A program made the position numbers and the translations under genes. From positions 22,259 through 86,258 of the forward strand of contig CAJQSO010000019.1 of assembly GCA_905614365.1 (NCBI GenBank): a stretch of 64,000 nucleotides of DNA, read 5' to 3'. The stretch comes from an uncultured Candidatus Thioglobus sp. GTDB lineage: Bacteria > Pseudomonadota > Gammaproteobacteria > PS1 > Pseudothioglobaceae. Below, in pieces: positions 10,860 through 21,380 of this stretch (position 1 is the first letter of the stretch; each line of letters begins with the position of its first letter). Under the pieces are notes generated by a model. The model worked only from the letters and a program-made list of their open reading frames with translations, was not told where the DNA came from and ran no database searches.

Positions 10860-11897
10860 ATGAATTTTTCTTTATTTGCTCAAATGGAAAGGATAGACGA
10901 AGAGCAATCACAAAAACGCTTATATGAAGAGTATGTTGAGCTATGTCAAATAGCTGACAGGTCAGGTTTTAAAACAATATGGACAGGTGAACATCACGGT
11001 ATGAACTTCACTATTGCTCCAAACCCGTTTATTAATCTAGCTGATTTAGCCAACAAAACAAAAAATGTTAGGCTTGGAACTGGGACAATTATTGCACCTT
11101 TTTGGCATCCAATCAAGCTGGCAGAAGAAGCGGCAATGACGGACATTATCTCAGGTGGTCGGCTTGAGATTGGTATAGCTAGAGGTGCCTACTCTTTTGA
11201 ATATGATCGCCTTGCAGATAGCATAGATGCATTTTCAGCTGGAAGTGCTATGAGAGAAATTGTCCCAGCAATTAAAGGCTTGTGGAAAGGTGACTTCACT
11301 GGTGAAGGTGAGCATTGGTCATTTCCAAAAACTACTAGCTCACCAAAACCTCTACAATCTCCTAACCCACCAATTTGGATTGCCGCCAGAGATCAGCATT
11401 CTCATGACTTTGCTGTACAAGAGGGTTGTAATGTTCAAGTAACTCCATTGTGGCTTGGAGATGAAGAGGTTATCTCTTTGATGGAAAAATTCAATAACTC
11501 TTGTGAAAAATATAAAGATATAAAGCGGCCAAAAATAATGGTACTACGTCACACATTTGTGGGTGAGAGCGAAGAAGAAGTTGTTCAAGGCTCTAAAGAT
11601 ATATCTAGATTTTATTGTTATTTTGGTGCGTGGTTTAAGAATGAAAGGCCTATTAAGCAAGGACTTATTGAGAAGCTTACGGATGAAGAAATGTCTAAAA
11701 TGGAAATGTACTCACCTGAAAAAATGCGTCAAAATAGTATTATAGGAACTCCTGATGAAGTTATTGAGCGTATCAAGCTTTGTGAGACTCTTGGTTTTGA
11801 TGAATATAGTTACTGGATTGATAGCAGCATGAGCTTTGAAAAGAAAAAGAGATCTTTAGAACTTTTTATTGAAAAAGTGATGCCTGCATTTACATAA
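10860..11897 (+). CDS. tgnB: Luciferase-like flavin monooxygenase, trigonelline monooxygenase oxygenase component
   Basis: WTGEHHGMNFTIAPNPF, DLANKTKNVRLGTGT, GIARGAYSFEY, YFGAWFKNER and MSFEKKK closely match Acinetobacter baylyi TgnB as I recall it. Confidence 0.85.
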   Translation: MNFSLFAQMERIDEEQSQKRLYEEYVELCQIADRSGFKTIWTGEHHGMNFTIAPNPFINLADLANKTKNVRLGTGTIIAPFWHPIKLAEEAAMTDIISGGRLEIGIARGAYSFEYDRLADSIDAFSAGSAMREIVPAIKGLWKGDFTGEGEHWSFPKTTSSPKPLQSPNPPIWIAARDQHSHDFAVQEGCNVQVTPLWLGDEEVISLMEKFNNSCEKYKDIKRPKIMVLRHTFVGESEEEVVQGSKDISRFYCYFGAWFKNERPIKQGLIEKLTDEEMSKMEMYSPEKMRQNSIIGTPDEVIERIKLCETLGFDEYSYWIDSSMSFEKKKRSLELFIEKVMPAFT

Positions 11898-11909
11898 AGA
11901 GGAAGGGAC

Positions 11910-13379
11910 ATGGAACACTTTAAACACTATATTAATGGTAAGTTTAGTTCTGGATCAGAACGCTTTGAAACTATTAATCCTGCAAATGGCATACCATGGG
12001 CAACCTTTCCATCTGCAACAGAAGATGAGTCTAATTTAGCCATAGAGTCCGCGCACAAGGCACTCCATGATAGTCCCTGGTCAAGCCTTACTCCAACCCA
12101 AAGGGGAAAATTAATTCATAGGCTAGGTGATTTAATCTCTGAGAATGCTAGAGAGTTAGGTGATCTTGAGACCAGGGACAGTGGAAAATTATCAGTTGAA
12201 ACTCGTGCTCAATCCAACTATGTTTCTGACTATTACTATTACTATGCTGGCCTAGCAGACAAAATACAAGGAGAGGTTCTTCCCATTGATAAACCTAATA
12301 TGCGTGTTTTTACAACCCGTGAACCTATTGGGGTTGTTGTTGCCATTGTTCCTTGGAATGCGCAACTTTTTCTTTCAGCAACAAAAATAGCTCCTGCTTT
12401 AGCTGCAGGAAATACACTAGTAGTCAAAGCCTCTGAACAGGCTCCCGCTGCGTTATTTAAATTTGCTGAGTTGGTTGAAAAAAGTGGTTTTCCTCCTGGA
12501 GTTATAAATATCATAACTGGCTTTGCAGAGCCATGTGGGCGAGTATTAACTACCCATCCAAAAGTTGCAAGAATTGCTTTTACTGGTGGCACTGAAGTAG
12601 CTAGACATATTGTTAGGAATAGTGCTGAAAATTTTGCTCATGTAAGTCTTGAGCTTGGTGGCAAATCACCTATGTTAATTTTTGAAGACTGCAATATTGA
12701 CGGGGCAGTAAATGCCATTATTGCAGGAAACTTTGGAGCTTCTGGGCAAAGCTGTGTTGCCGGCTCGCGTGTTTTTATTCAAAAATCAATTCACTCTCAA
12801 ATAATTGAGAAGATTAAAGAGCGTGCAAAAAATATTATAGTTGGCGATCCCTTAGATAGGGATACACAGGTTGGGCCTCTTGCAACAAAACATCAAGTTG
12901 AAAGAGCACTAAGTGTTGTTAAACAGTCTATTAAGCAAGGCGCCAAACTTATTTTTGGAGGCGACAAGCCAAGCCATAAAAAAGAAGGATGGTACTTTGA
13001 ACCTACTTTACTTGACTGCCCTAATCAGGAATTTGATTGCGTTAAAACAGAACTATTTGCACCTGTAATAAGCGTCATTGCATTTGATACTGAAGAAGAG
13101 GTTATAGAGATGGCAAATGACTCTGCTTATGGTCTTGGTGCAGGAGTTTTTACTGAAAATTTAGCAAGAGCTCATCGCGTTAGTGAAAAAATACACTCTG
13201 GGATTGTTTGGATTAATACTTATCGAGCAATTTCACCTATTGCTCCTTTTGGTGGTGTGAAACAAAGTGGAGGGAGTAGGGAGGCTGGAATAGATGCTAT
13301 TCATGAATACACTCGCACTAAAACAACATGGATTAACACGTCTTCTGAACCAATGAGTAACCCTTTTATAATGAGATAA
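11910..13379 (+). CDS. tgnC: Aldehyde dehydrogenase, putative MFMB dehydrogenase (TgnC-like)
   Basis: PWN, FTGG, LELGGKSP, GQSCVAGSR, ELFAP; C-terminal SSEPMSNPFIMR typical of this subfamily. Confidence 0.78.
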   Translation: MEHFKHYINGKFSSGSERFETINPANGIPWATFPSATEDESNLAIESAHKALHDSPWSSLTPTQRGKLIHRLGDLISENARELGDLETRDSGKLSVETRAQSNYVSDYYYYYAGLADKIQGEVLPIDKPNMRVFTTREPIGVVVAIVPWNAQLFLSATKIAPALAAGNTLVVKASEQAPAALFKFAELVEKSGFPPGVINIITGFAEPCGRVLTTHPKVARIAFTGGTEVARHIVRNSAENFAHVSLELGGKSPMLIFEDCNIDGAVNAIIAGNFGASGQSCVAGSRVFIQKSIHSQIIEKIKERAKNIIVGDPLDRDTQVGPLATKHQVERALSVVKQSIKQGAKLIFGGDKPSHKKEGWYFEPTLLDCPNQEFDCVKTELFAPVISVIAFDTEEEVIEMANDSAYGLGAGVFTENLARAHRVSEKIHSGIVWINTYRAISPIAPFGGVKQSGGSREAGIDAIHEYTRTKTTWINTSSEPMSNPFIMR

Positions 13380-13414
13380 ATAATCTTAATCTTTAAAAAT
13401 TAATGGAGTAAATA

Positions 13415-13795
13415 ATGGACAAAGAATTATTCGAATTAGGCTTATCAAAGAGAAAAGCAACCCTAGGTAGTGACTATGTAGAAAAAAACTTAGAGGCAGC
13501 AGATGATTTTAATGAAGACTTTCAAAAACAAATGACTGAGTGGTGCTGGGGCTTTGGATGGGGTGATGACACCATTAATGAAAAAACTAGGTCTATGATG
13601 AATCTAACAATGATTGCTGCCCTTGGAAAAATGGATGAATGGGAAATCCACCTTAAGGGCGCTTTAACGAATGGAGTAAGTAAGGATGAGATTAAATCAA
13701 TACTCCATGTTATTGCAATCTATTGTGGAGTTCCTCAAGGAGTTGAGTGTTTTAAAATTGCAAGAAAAGTTTTAGAGAATGCTGGTGAGATTTAA
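13415..13795 (+). CDS. Carboxymuconolactone decarboxylase (CMD/AhpD-like) family protein
   Basis: GLSKRKATLGSDYV, TEWCWGFGW, HLKGALTNG, AIYCGVP. Confidence 0.85.
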   Translation: MDKELFELGLSKRKATLGSDYVEKNLEAADDFNEDFQKQMTEWCWGFGWGDDTINEKTRSMMNLTMIAALGKMDEWEIHLKGALTNGVSKDEIKSILHVIAIYCGVPQGVECFKIARKVLENAGEI

Positions 13796-13809
13796 GTGCC
13801 AAAAAATTC

Positions 13810-14733
13810 TTAATGCGCTACTTTAGAATCATTATTTTTTGATGAAGTCATTGCAACAGAAAATGCAATTAATAAAAATCCAGTTATTGCCATGATGCCC
13901 ATAGTCTCTCCAAACAGATACCAAGCCTGAATTACTACAAGAGCAGGAACTAAATAAAAGTAACTACCAACTCTAGCTGAAGCATCCTGCTTAATCATTG
14001 TCATTAAAAGGAGCACCGCTCCAATTGAAAGCCCAAAAACCTGCCAGGCTAGGGTAATAACAAATGAACCAGTCCATTGAACCTCACCAGTCTCAAAACA
14101 AAAAGCCACAATAATACAAAACATAAATGCACCAAGATATTGAACCCAGGTTCCACTAATTAAATCCATGTCGCTGCAAAATCGCTTTTGATAAATGGCC
14201 CCTAACGAAATCCCAAAAAGTGATGCAAATACGGCCAATATTGCCCAAAAAGAGAAACCGCTAAAAAAACCATCAGTGGTTAAGTCAAACCTTTCAAATA
14301 AAACTAAATATATCCCTATGAGTCCGATAATTAAACCAATCCATTGTTTTCTAGATACCCTCTCATGAAGAATTATTCCAGCCATGAAAGCCATTCCTAA
14401 TGGCTGAAGACCAATGATCATTGAGGATAATCCGGCCGGCATTCCCCATTTGATCGCCTGAAAAACACCTCCAAGATATATCCCATGAATCAACACTCCT
14501 ACGAATATTAGATGAAAAAATGCGGATCGAGAGCTTGGCCAACTGCTTTTATTGATTCGTAATATAAAAAACAAAACTAGTAATGTAAGCGCAGTGCGAT
14601 AAGCTAATAAAGTGAATGGCTCTGCGTATGGAAGGCCGTATTTGGCGGCCAAAAAACCTGTGCTCCATATCCAAACAAAAAGCCATGGGGTAAAGCGTGC
14701 ACTTAAAGTAAGATTTTTCATAAAAAACACCAA
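13810..14733 (-). CDS. DMT/EamA family permease
   Basis: About ten TM helices; WSTGF, IIGLQP, YQKRF, FYLVP. Confidence 0.88.
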   Translation of the reverse strand: MVFFMKNLTLSARFTPWLFVWIWSTGFLAAKYGLPYAEPFTLLAYRTALTLLVLFFILRINKSSWPSSRSAFFHLIFVGVLIHGIYLGGVFQAIKWGMPAGLSSMIIGLQPLGMAFMAGIILHERVSRKQWIGLIIGLIGIYLVLFERFDLTTDGFFSGFSFWAILAVFASLFGISLGAIYQKRFCSDMDLISGTWVQYLGAFMFCIIVAFCFETGEVQWTGSFVITLAWQVFGLSIGAVLLLMTMIKQDASARVGSYFYLVPALVVIQAWYLFGETMGIMAITGFLLIAFSVAMTSSKNNDSKVAH

Positions 14734-14940
14734 ACATTCATTTACTTATTAAATCACTAATTAAAATAACTTAGATAATTAATCAAGAATCGATTTTATA
14801 CAAAATAGCTCTATGGCAATCAAGAAACGTAACTCGAGCAAAACTTTGATTAGACTATAATATATACTGTAATTCTTTCATAAACCTGTCAGATTTTGAC
14901 TATTTCTTTTGAATAAAGTTACCCAATTTTAAATAATTTT

Positions 14941-16782
14941 ATGAAGCAATTTTTTTCTATCATTCTGCTTTTGATCCTTGTCCCCCTCTCAACAAGCTGG
15001 GCTGAAACTCTTTTAGTTGATAAAGAATCTAATCTAAGTGAAAGCAATCAATCATCAATTTTATTGCAGGGTGAAAATAACCTTAGTTTTGAAAAAAGCC
15101 CAGTAAAAGTTAACGAGGCTTTTAAGTTAAGTGCTATTTCGGTTGATGAAAAGACAATTACTGTGAGATGGATTGTTAAGGATAACTATTACCTCTATAA
15201 AGATAAAATTTCTTTTTCAGTCAAAGGGGCAACAATTGAAAATGCTTTGTTTCCAAAGGCAAAGTTAAAGGTTGATGAGTTTTTTGGTGAGGTCAGTATT
15301 TACAATTCATCCATGGAGGTTGTTCTTTCACTCACTGATATTGTTAGCAACAAGGTTATATTAACAATAGAACACCAAGGCTGCTGGGAAGGTGGGGTTT
15401 GTTATCCCCCTCAGAGCGATACCATTCAAGTTGATTTTAATGGAACTCAAGCATTCTCTTCTCAAGACAATAGTCAAATAACAAAGTCAGAAAAAAGTGC
15501 CAATGAAAAGTTTCAACAAGGTGGCTTAACTTTATTGGTTGCAGCATTTTTAGCTGGTTTGGCACTTTCTTGGACACCTTGCGTATACCCAATGGTACCA
15601 ATACTCTCTGGGATTATTATTGGGCAAAAGAAAGCTCCAAGTACTCCAAGGGCAATCTTGATGTCCGTTGTATTTGTTTTTTCAATGTCTCTTGCTTATG
15701 CATTAATTGGAGCGACAGCTGGTTACTTCGGGGCTGGCATAAATATTCAGGCGATAATGCAAACTCCTTGGGTCTTGATTGTTTTCAGTTTAGTTTTTCT
15801 ATTCCTTGCATTTTCAATGTTTGGATACTATGAAATCCAACTACCCTCTAAATTACAAGTCAAAATTACAAACCTTAGTAATAGGCAAACGAGTGGTGAC
15901 TTTATTGGTGTAAGCATCATGGGCTTCCTTTCTGCTCTAATTGTTGGGCCATGTGTAACGCCCTTCCTGGCAACCGCTTTAAGCTATGTTATTGCTGGAG
16001 GAAGTGCTGCTAAGGGAGCCGCTAGTCTTTTTGCAATGGGCTTAGGAATGGGCATCCCTCTAATAATAATTTGTGGCTGGGGTGTCAATGCACTGCCAAA
16101 AGCTGGGCCATGGATGGAAAATGTCAAGAAAATTTTTGGCTTTTCAATGATTGCTGTTTCTCTCTATTTACTAGATCGAATTCTTAACCCACTTTTGTCT
16201 CTAGTTCTATGGTCCCTGCTATTCACTATAGCTCCAATTATGCTTGGTGTTTTTAACAAAATTACTAAATCTATTAGTTTCTGGGGTCTTCTATTCAAAG
16301 CAATATGTTTGATTTTTTTAGCTTATGGCGTCTTACTATGGCTAATGGTGGCGAAAGGTGGTGGCGATATTCAACAACCTCTTGACTCAATTATTTATGG
16401 GGATAGTATAGATTCATCGAATAGTGTTGATTTTCAAGTGATTAAAGATGAAGATGAATTTAATACATTATTAGATAAAACTAAAAATAATAATAATTTG
16501 CTAGTCATCAAGTTTTATGCCGAATGGTGTATTTCTTGCAACAAGCTTGAGAGAGTCGTTTTCTCAAACAGACAAGTCAATGATGCTTTGGCTGATTCTC
16601 TTAAATTTACATTAGACGTAACTGACAATAATCGCTTCAATCAGTTGATGCTTGCAAGATTCTCCCTTGTTGGGCCACCTGCCATATTATTTATTAAAAA
16701 TGGTAATGAACTTCGAGATCAAAGGATTATTGGTGAAGTTAGTGCTAAAGAGTTTGTAAACCACATAAATAATCTACAATAA
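14941..16782 (+). CDS. dsbD: Thiol:disulfide interchange protein DsbD
   Basis: Signal peptide; QGCWEGGVCYPP; membrane cysteines in TPCVYPM and GPCVTP; C-terminal thioredoxin WCISC. Confidence 0.95.
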   Translation: MKQFFSIILLLILVPLSTSWAETLLVDKESNLSESNQSSILLQGENNLSFEKSPVKVNEAFKLSAISVDEKTITVRWIVKDNYYLYKDKISFSVKGATIENALFPKAKLKVDEFFGEVSIYNSSMEVVLSLTDIVSNKVILTIEHQGCWEGGVCYPPQSDTIQVDFNGTQAFSSQDNSQITKSEKSANEKFQQGGLTLLVAAFLAGLALSWTPCVYPMVPILSGIIIGQKKAPSTPRAILMSVVFVFSMSLAYALIGATAGYFGAGINIQAIMQTPWVLIVFSLVFLFLAFSMFGYYEIQLPSKLQVKITNLSNRQTSGDFIGVSIMGFLSALIVGPCVTPFLATALSYVIAGGSAAKGAASLFAMGLGMGIPLIIICGWGVNALPKAGPWMENVKKIFGFSMIAVSLYLLDRILNPLLSLVLWSLLFTIAPIMLGVFNKITKSISFWGLLFKAICLIFLAYGVLLWLMVAKGGGDIQQPLDSIIYGDSIDSSNSVDFQVIKDEDEFNTLLDKTKNNNNLLVIKFYAEWCISCNKLERVVFSNRQVNDALADSLKFTLDVTDNNRFNQLMLARFSLVGPPAILFIKNGNELRDQRIIGEVSAKEFVNHINNLQ

Positions 16783-17010
16783 ATATTTATTAATTTCCTC
16801 TAAATGCTTCGAATTGTAGCTATATTTGGTTAAATAGGTGGTAAAATTATCTTTAGTTATTTATAGTTAAAATTTAGTCTCAAAGGCTTATTTATTATAT
16901 TTTTAAGCCAAAACATGAACTTGCAATCGTTACTTGTCTTAATGGCTGTAATAGGAATCTGTATTTAGATTCAAAAAACTAGTTGCAAAGAATAATAAAG
17001 AGGATTACAA

Positions 17011-17454
17011 ATGGATATTCGAAAAGTTAAAAAGCTAATGGAGCTTCTGGAGGAATCTGGAATGTCAGAGATTGAAATTAAAGAAGGAGAAGAGTCAGTA
17101 AAAATTTCTAGATATGGAAATTCTCCTGCACCAAGTCACTCTTTTGTTCAGCAGCAAGCGCCTGCCTCTATGCCTCCAGTGGCAGCAGTCCCAATAATTG
17201 CAGATGAACCTGCTACTACTGGCCAGTCTTTAACATCTCCTATGGTAGGAACTTACTATTCAGCTCCTTCTCCAACTGCAAAGCCTTTTGTAACAGTTGG
17301 TCAGCAGATAAAACAGGGCGATACTATTGGCATTGTTGAGGCTATGAAAATAATGAATCAAATTGAAGCTGAACAGTCAGGTACAGTCCTTCAAATTCTT
17401 GTTAAAGACGGTGAAGCAGTAGAATTTGGACAATCGCTAATCATAGTCGAATGA
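17011..17454 (+). CDS. accB: Biotin carboxyl carrier protein
   Basis: [18 protein letters not shown], biotinylation site EAMKIMN. Confidence 0.97.
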   Translation: MDIRKVKKLMELLEESGMSEIEIKEGEESVKISRYGNSPAPSHSFVQQQAPASMPPVAAVPIIADEPATTGQSLTSPMVGTYYSAPSPTAKPFVTVGQQIKQGDTIGIVEAMKIMNQIEAEQSGTVLQILVKDGEAVEFGQSLIIVE

Positions 17455-18803
17455 GTTCAATAAAAAAAGTTTTAATTGCTAACCGTGGTGAAATTGCACT
17501 TCGAATTCTTAGGGCCTGCAAAGAACTTGGAATTCAAACTGTTGCAGTATATTCAACAGCAGATAAAGACTTAAAACACGTTCGATTAGCAGATGAAGCA
17601 GTTTGTATTGGGCCACACCCATCTATAAAAAGCTACCTTAATATTCCCGCTATTATAAGTGCTGCTGAGGTAACACATTCTGATGCAATTCATCCAGGAT
17701 ATGGATTTCTTTCTGAAAATGCTGACTTTGCTGAACAGGTTGAGCAAAGTGGTTTTATCTTTATTGGTCCACACGCAGAAAATATAAGGGTTATGGGGGA
17801 TAAAGTTGCTGCCATTGAAGCAATGCAAAGCTCTGGTGTACCTTGTGTTCCAGGGTCAAATGGAGCGCTAGATGATAATGAACAAAGAAGTATCAAAATT
17901 GCGAGAGAAATTGGCTTACCAATAATTATTAAAGCCTCTGGTGGGGGAGGTGGCCGTGGAATGCGAGTTGTAGACTCTGAAGATGATTTAGCTGATTCAA
18001 TAAGACTTACTCAGTCTGAAGCGTTAAGTTTTTTTGGTAACGGTGAAGTATATATGGAAAAATTCTTAACCACTCCGCGTCATATTGAGATTCAAATTTT
18101 AGCTGATCAGCATGGAAATGCAATACATCTTGGTGAAAGAGACTGCTCAATGCAGAGGCGTCACCAGAAAGTTGTAGAGGAGGCTCCTGCGCCAGGAATC
18201 TCTCCAGAATTAAGAAATAAAATTGGTAATATTTGCGCTGAAGCGTGTAAAAAAATTAACTATCGTGGAGCTGGAACGTTTGAATTTCTTTTTGATAATG
18301 ACGAGTTTTACTTTATTGAAATGAATACTAGAGTTCAAGTGGAGCATCCAGTAACTGAAATGGTCACTGGGGTTGATATTGTCCGTGAACAAATCTTAAT
18401 TGCGGGTGGTGATAAATTATCAATAACTCAAGATCAAGTTGAAATTAAAGGTCATGCTGTTGAATGCAGGATTAATGCTGAAGACTCTGTAACATTTATG
18501 CCCTCACCTGGAAAGATTACTCAGTACCATGCTGCTGGTGGCTTAGGAGTTAGAATAGACTCTCATATTTATAATGGCTATAATGTACCGCCATACTATG
18601 ACTCTATGATTGGAAAAGTGATTACTTTTGGCGACAACCGAAATAATGCAATTGTTAAGATGCAAAATGCTCTTGATGAAATGGTTATTGATGGAATAAA
18701 AACAAATATTCCACTTCAAAGAAAAATTATGACTGATGAAGTATTTAAAAAAGGTGGTATGAATATTCACTACCTAGAAAAAATGCTTGGAGGCGAAGAA
18801 TAA
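17451..18803 (+). CDS. accC: Biotin carboxylase
   Basis: [50 protein letters not shown]. Confidence 0.98.
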   Translation: MSSIKKVLIANRGEIALRILRACKELGIQTVAVYSTADKDLKHVRLADEAVCIGPHPSIKSYLNIPAIISAAEVTHSDAIHPGYGFLSENADFAEQVEQSGFIFIGPHAENIRVMGDKVAAIEAMQSSGVPCVPGSNGALDDNEQRSIKIAREIGLPIIIKASGGGGGRGMRVVDSEDDLADSIRLTQSEALSFFGNGEVYMEKFLTTPRHIEIQILADQHGNAIHLGERDCSMQRRHQKVVEEAPAPGISPELRNKIGNICAEACKKINYRGAGTFEFLFDNDEFYFIEMNTRVQVEHPVTEMVTGVDIVREQILIAGGDKLSITQDQVEIKGHAVECRINAEDSVTFMPSPGKITQYHAAGGLGVRIDSHIYNGYNVPPYYDSMIGKVITFGDNRNNAIVKMQNALDEMVIDGIKTNIPLQRKIMTDEVFKKGGMNIHYLEKMLGGEE

Positions 18804-19837
18804 TGAAAATTAAAGTCGGCATAATTGGTGGTTCAGGATATACCGGAATAGAACTATTGCGCATCATCCATCAACATCCTCTTGCTGAAGTTACATCAAT
18901 TACCTCCAGAGCTCTTAAAGGAAAAAAAATATCAGAAGTTTTTCCTAATATGCATGGTTTATCAGAATTAATATATTCGCTGCCAGATGATAAAGCTTTG
19001 TTTGAATGTGATATCGTTTTCTTTGCAACGCCACATGGAGTTGCAATGAATAATGCTAAATCTTTTCTTGAAAAAGGCATCAAAGTTGTTGATCTAGGTG
19101 CTGACTTCAGAATTAATGACGCAGACTTATGGTCAAATTGGTACAAAATGGAACACTCACAGTCTTCACTCCTAGAGGAGGCAGTGTATGGTCAGCCTGA
19201 AATTAGAAGGGATGCTATTAGAAATGCGCGACTAGTTGCAAATCCTGGGTGTTATCCAACAGCAGTTCTTTTAGCCTTAAAGCCTCTTGTTGAGAATGGC
19301 TTAATTGATACCTCAAGCATAATTGCAGACTGCAAATCTGGAGCCAGTGGAGCAGGAAGAATTGCAAACCAAGCAACTCTTCTTTGTGAGATAACTGAAA
19401 GCTTTAAACCCTATGCAGTAAGTGGTCACAGGCACTTTCCTGAAATAAAGCAAGAGTTAGAACTTATGGCTGGAAAGCCAGTTGGGTTAACTTTTGTCCC
19501 CCACTTGCTTCCAATGATTCGAGGTATAGAGGCTACTATTTATGTTGATCTTGTTGATCCAGCTGTTGATATTAGATCTTATTTCGAAAATGCCTACAAA
19601 AATGAAGAATTTGTTAAAATACTCCCTGAAGGTACTTATCCTGAAACGCGTTCCGTTAAATCATCAAACTATTGCCAGATTTCAATTCAGTATATTAAAC
19701 ACAGTAACAAATTGGTAATTATGTCAGTTATTGACAACTTAGTTAAGGGTGCCGCGGGCCAAGCAATCCAAAATATGAACTTAATGTTTGGACTTGAAGA
19801 GCAGGAAGGTCTTACACAGATTGGTTTACTGCCTTAA
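18803..19837 (+). CDS. argC: N-acetyl-gamma-glutamyl-phosphate reductase
   Basis: GGSGYTG, ANPGCYPT, DNLVKGAAGQA. Confidence 0.97.
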   Translation: MKIKVGIIGGSGYTGIELLRIIHQHPLAEVTSITSRALKGKKISEVFPNMHGLSELIYSLPDDKALFECDIVFFATPHGVAMNNAKSFLEKGIKVVDLGADFRINDADLWSNWYKMEHSQSSLLEEAVYGQPEIRRDAIRNARLVANPGCYPTAVLLALKPLVENGLIDTSSIIADCKSGASGAGRIANQATLLCEITESFKPYAVSGHRHFPEIKQELELMAGKPVGLTFVPHLLPMIRGIEATIYVDLVDPAVDIRSYFENAYKNEEFVKILPEGTYPETRSVKSSNYCQISIQYIKHSNKLVIMSVIDNLVKGAAGQAIQNMNLMFGLEEQEGLTQIGLLP

Positions 19838-19871
19838 AAGCAGTCTATATATAATAATTTGGAGATAACCT

Positions 19872-20225
19872 ATGGTTACCGCTGAAATTCAAGATGAAGC
19901 TGATATAGTTTTTAGCGATAGCGCTGCAAGCAGAGTTGCGCAACTCATCAAAGAAGAAAAAAACCCAGCTTTAAGACTTCGAGTCTATATTACTGGTGGT
20001 GGATGCTCAGGCTTCTCCTATGGCTTTGCTTTTGATGAAAATCTTAAAGAAGGTGATAGTGGAGTTAATAAACAGGGTGTTGAACTAGTTATCGATCCAA
20101 TGAGTTATCAGTATCTAATGGGCTCAACAGTAGACTATCTTGAGGATCTCCAAGGTGCAAGATTTATTGTAAGTAACCCTAATGCCAAAACCACTTGTGG
20201 TTGTGGATCTTCTTTTTCAATTTAA
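19872..20225 (+). CDS. erpA: Iron-sulfur cluster insertion protein ErpA
   Basis: [11 protein letters not shown] and [14 protein letters not shown]. Confidence 0.93.
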   Translation: MVTAEIQDEADIVFSDSAASRVAQLIKEEKNPALRLRVYITGGGCSGFSYGFAFDENLKEGDSGVNKQGVELVIDPMSYQYLMGSTVDYLEDLQGARFIVSNPNAKTTCGCGSSFSI

Positions 20226-20241
20226 TAAAATTAATAATAAT

Positions 20242-21378
20242 ATGATCGAATATATACCAGGCCTAGCAGGCGTTCCAGCAACTAAATCAGCAATTTCTTC
20301 AATCGATGGTGAGAAAGGAATACTTGCCTATAGAGGCTACTCCATTCAAGATCTTGTTGAGCATTCTTCATTTGAAGAAACTGCTTTGTTGTTAATGAAT
20401 GGCGAGCTTCCTTCATCTAAAGAGCTGTCAAACTTTAAAAATATTTTACAAAAAAGAAATGAAGTAAAACGAAAAATCCGCCATTTACTTTGGTCGCTTC
20501 CACCAACTGGACACTCAATGGACGTGCTTCAAACTGCCATGGCCGCAATGGCTACTTTCTACCCGGATGCTGGCGCATCGGAACCAGATTCAGCCTATAC
20601 TCAGAATGCACTTATCAAAATAATTTCTAATATGAGTACTCTGGTAGCAATGTGGACTCGCATTAGTAGAGGATATGATCCGATTCCTCCAAGTAATAAA
20701 ATGTCTTATGCTGAAAATTTTATGTACATGTGTTTTGGAGAGGAGTCTGATCCAGAAATTATTAATCTTTTAGATGCTTCCTTAATTTTACATGCTGAAC
20801 ATACAATCAATGCTTCCACCTTTTCGACTATGGTAACGGCATCTACACTTGCTAATCCTTTTTCTTCAATCGCCTCAGGAGTTGGAACTCTTGCTGGGCC
20901 TTTGCATGGTAATGCAAATGAAAACGTACTTCTTATGCTTGATGAAATTGGTTCTGCAAAAAATGCCCGCTCATGGATTGAAAATAGACTCAAAAACAAA
21001 CAAGTTATTTGGGGCATGGGTCATCGCGAATATAAGACTAAGGATCCTAGAGCTACAATCCTTGAGAAAATGATTAAGACTTATATTAAGAAAAATGGCC
21101 TCAACTTATCTAACCGATTCGAAACAGCACTTGAAGTTGAAAGTGTCTGTAATGAATTATTATCTGAAAAAGGGGTCTACCCCAATGTTGACTTTTATTC
21201 TGGCATCCTTTACTCAGAAATATTTAACTTTACCAAAGAACACTTTACTCCTATTTTTGCCATGGCTCGTTCAGCTGGATGGGTGGCTCATTGGCATGAG
21301 CAGGTTAGTCACAATAGAATCTTTAGACCGACACAGATATATACTGGTGCTGACTTTAGGGACTATCCTTCTAATTAA
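20242..21378 (+). CDS. gltA: Citrate synthase (short, about 378 aa)
   Basis: Start at ATG 20242 ([12 protein letters not shown]); [36 protein letters not shown]. Confidence 0.88.
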   Translation: MIEYIPGLAGVPATKSAISSIDGEKGILAYRGYSIQDLVEHSSFEETALLLMNGELPSSKELSNFKNILQKRNEVKRKIRHLLWSLPPTGHSMDVLQTAMAAMATFYPDAGASEPDSAYTQNALIKIISNMSTLVAMWTRISRGYDPIPPSNKMSYAENFMYMCFGEESDPEIINLLDASLILHAEHTINASTFSTMVTASTLANPFSSIASGVGTLAGPLHGNANENVLLMLDEIGSAKNARSWIENRLKNKQVIWGMGHREYKTKDPRATILEKMIKTYIKKNGLNLSNRFETALEVESVCNELLSEKGVYPNVDFYSGILYSEIFNFTKEHFTPIFAMARSAGWVAHWHEQVSHNRIFRPTQIYTGADFRDYPSN

Positions 21379-21380
21379 TA

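Noticed and set aside
20182-20241. ORF-track N-terminal extensions of gltA (20182), rpsB (43912), secG (49842), cfa (41635) and the orphan at 7700
   Set aside because: Downstream ATGs fit family N-termini, RBS placement or stop/start coupling better, so starts were trimmed
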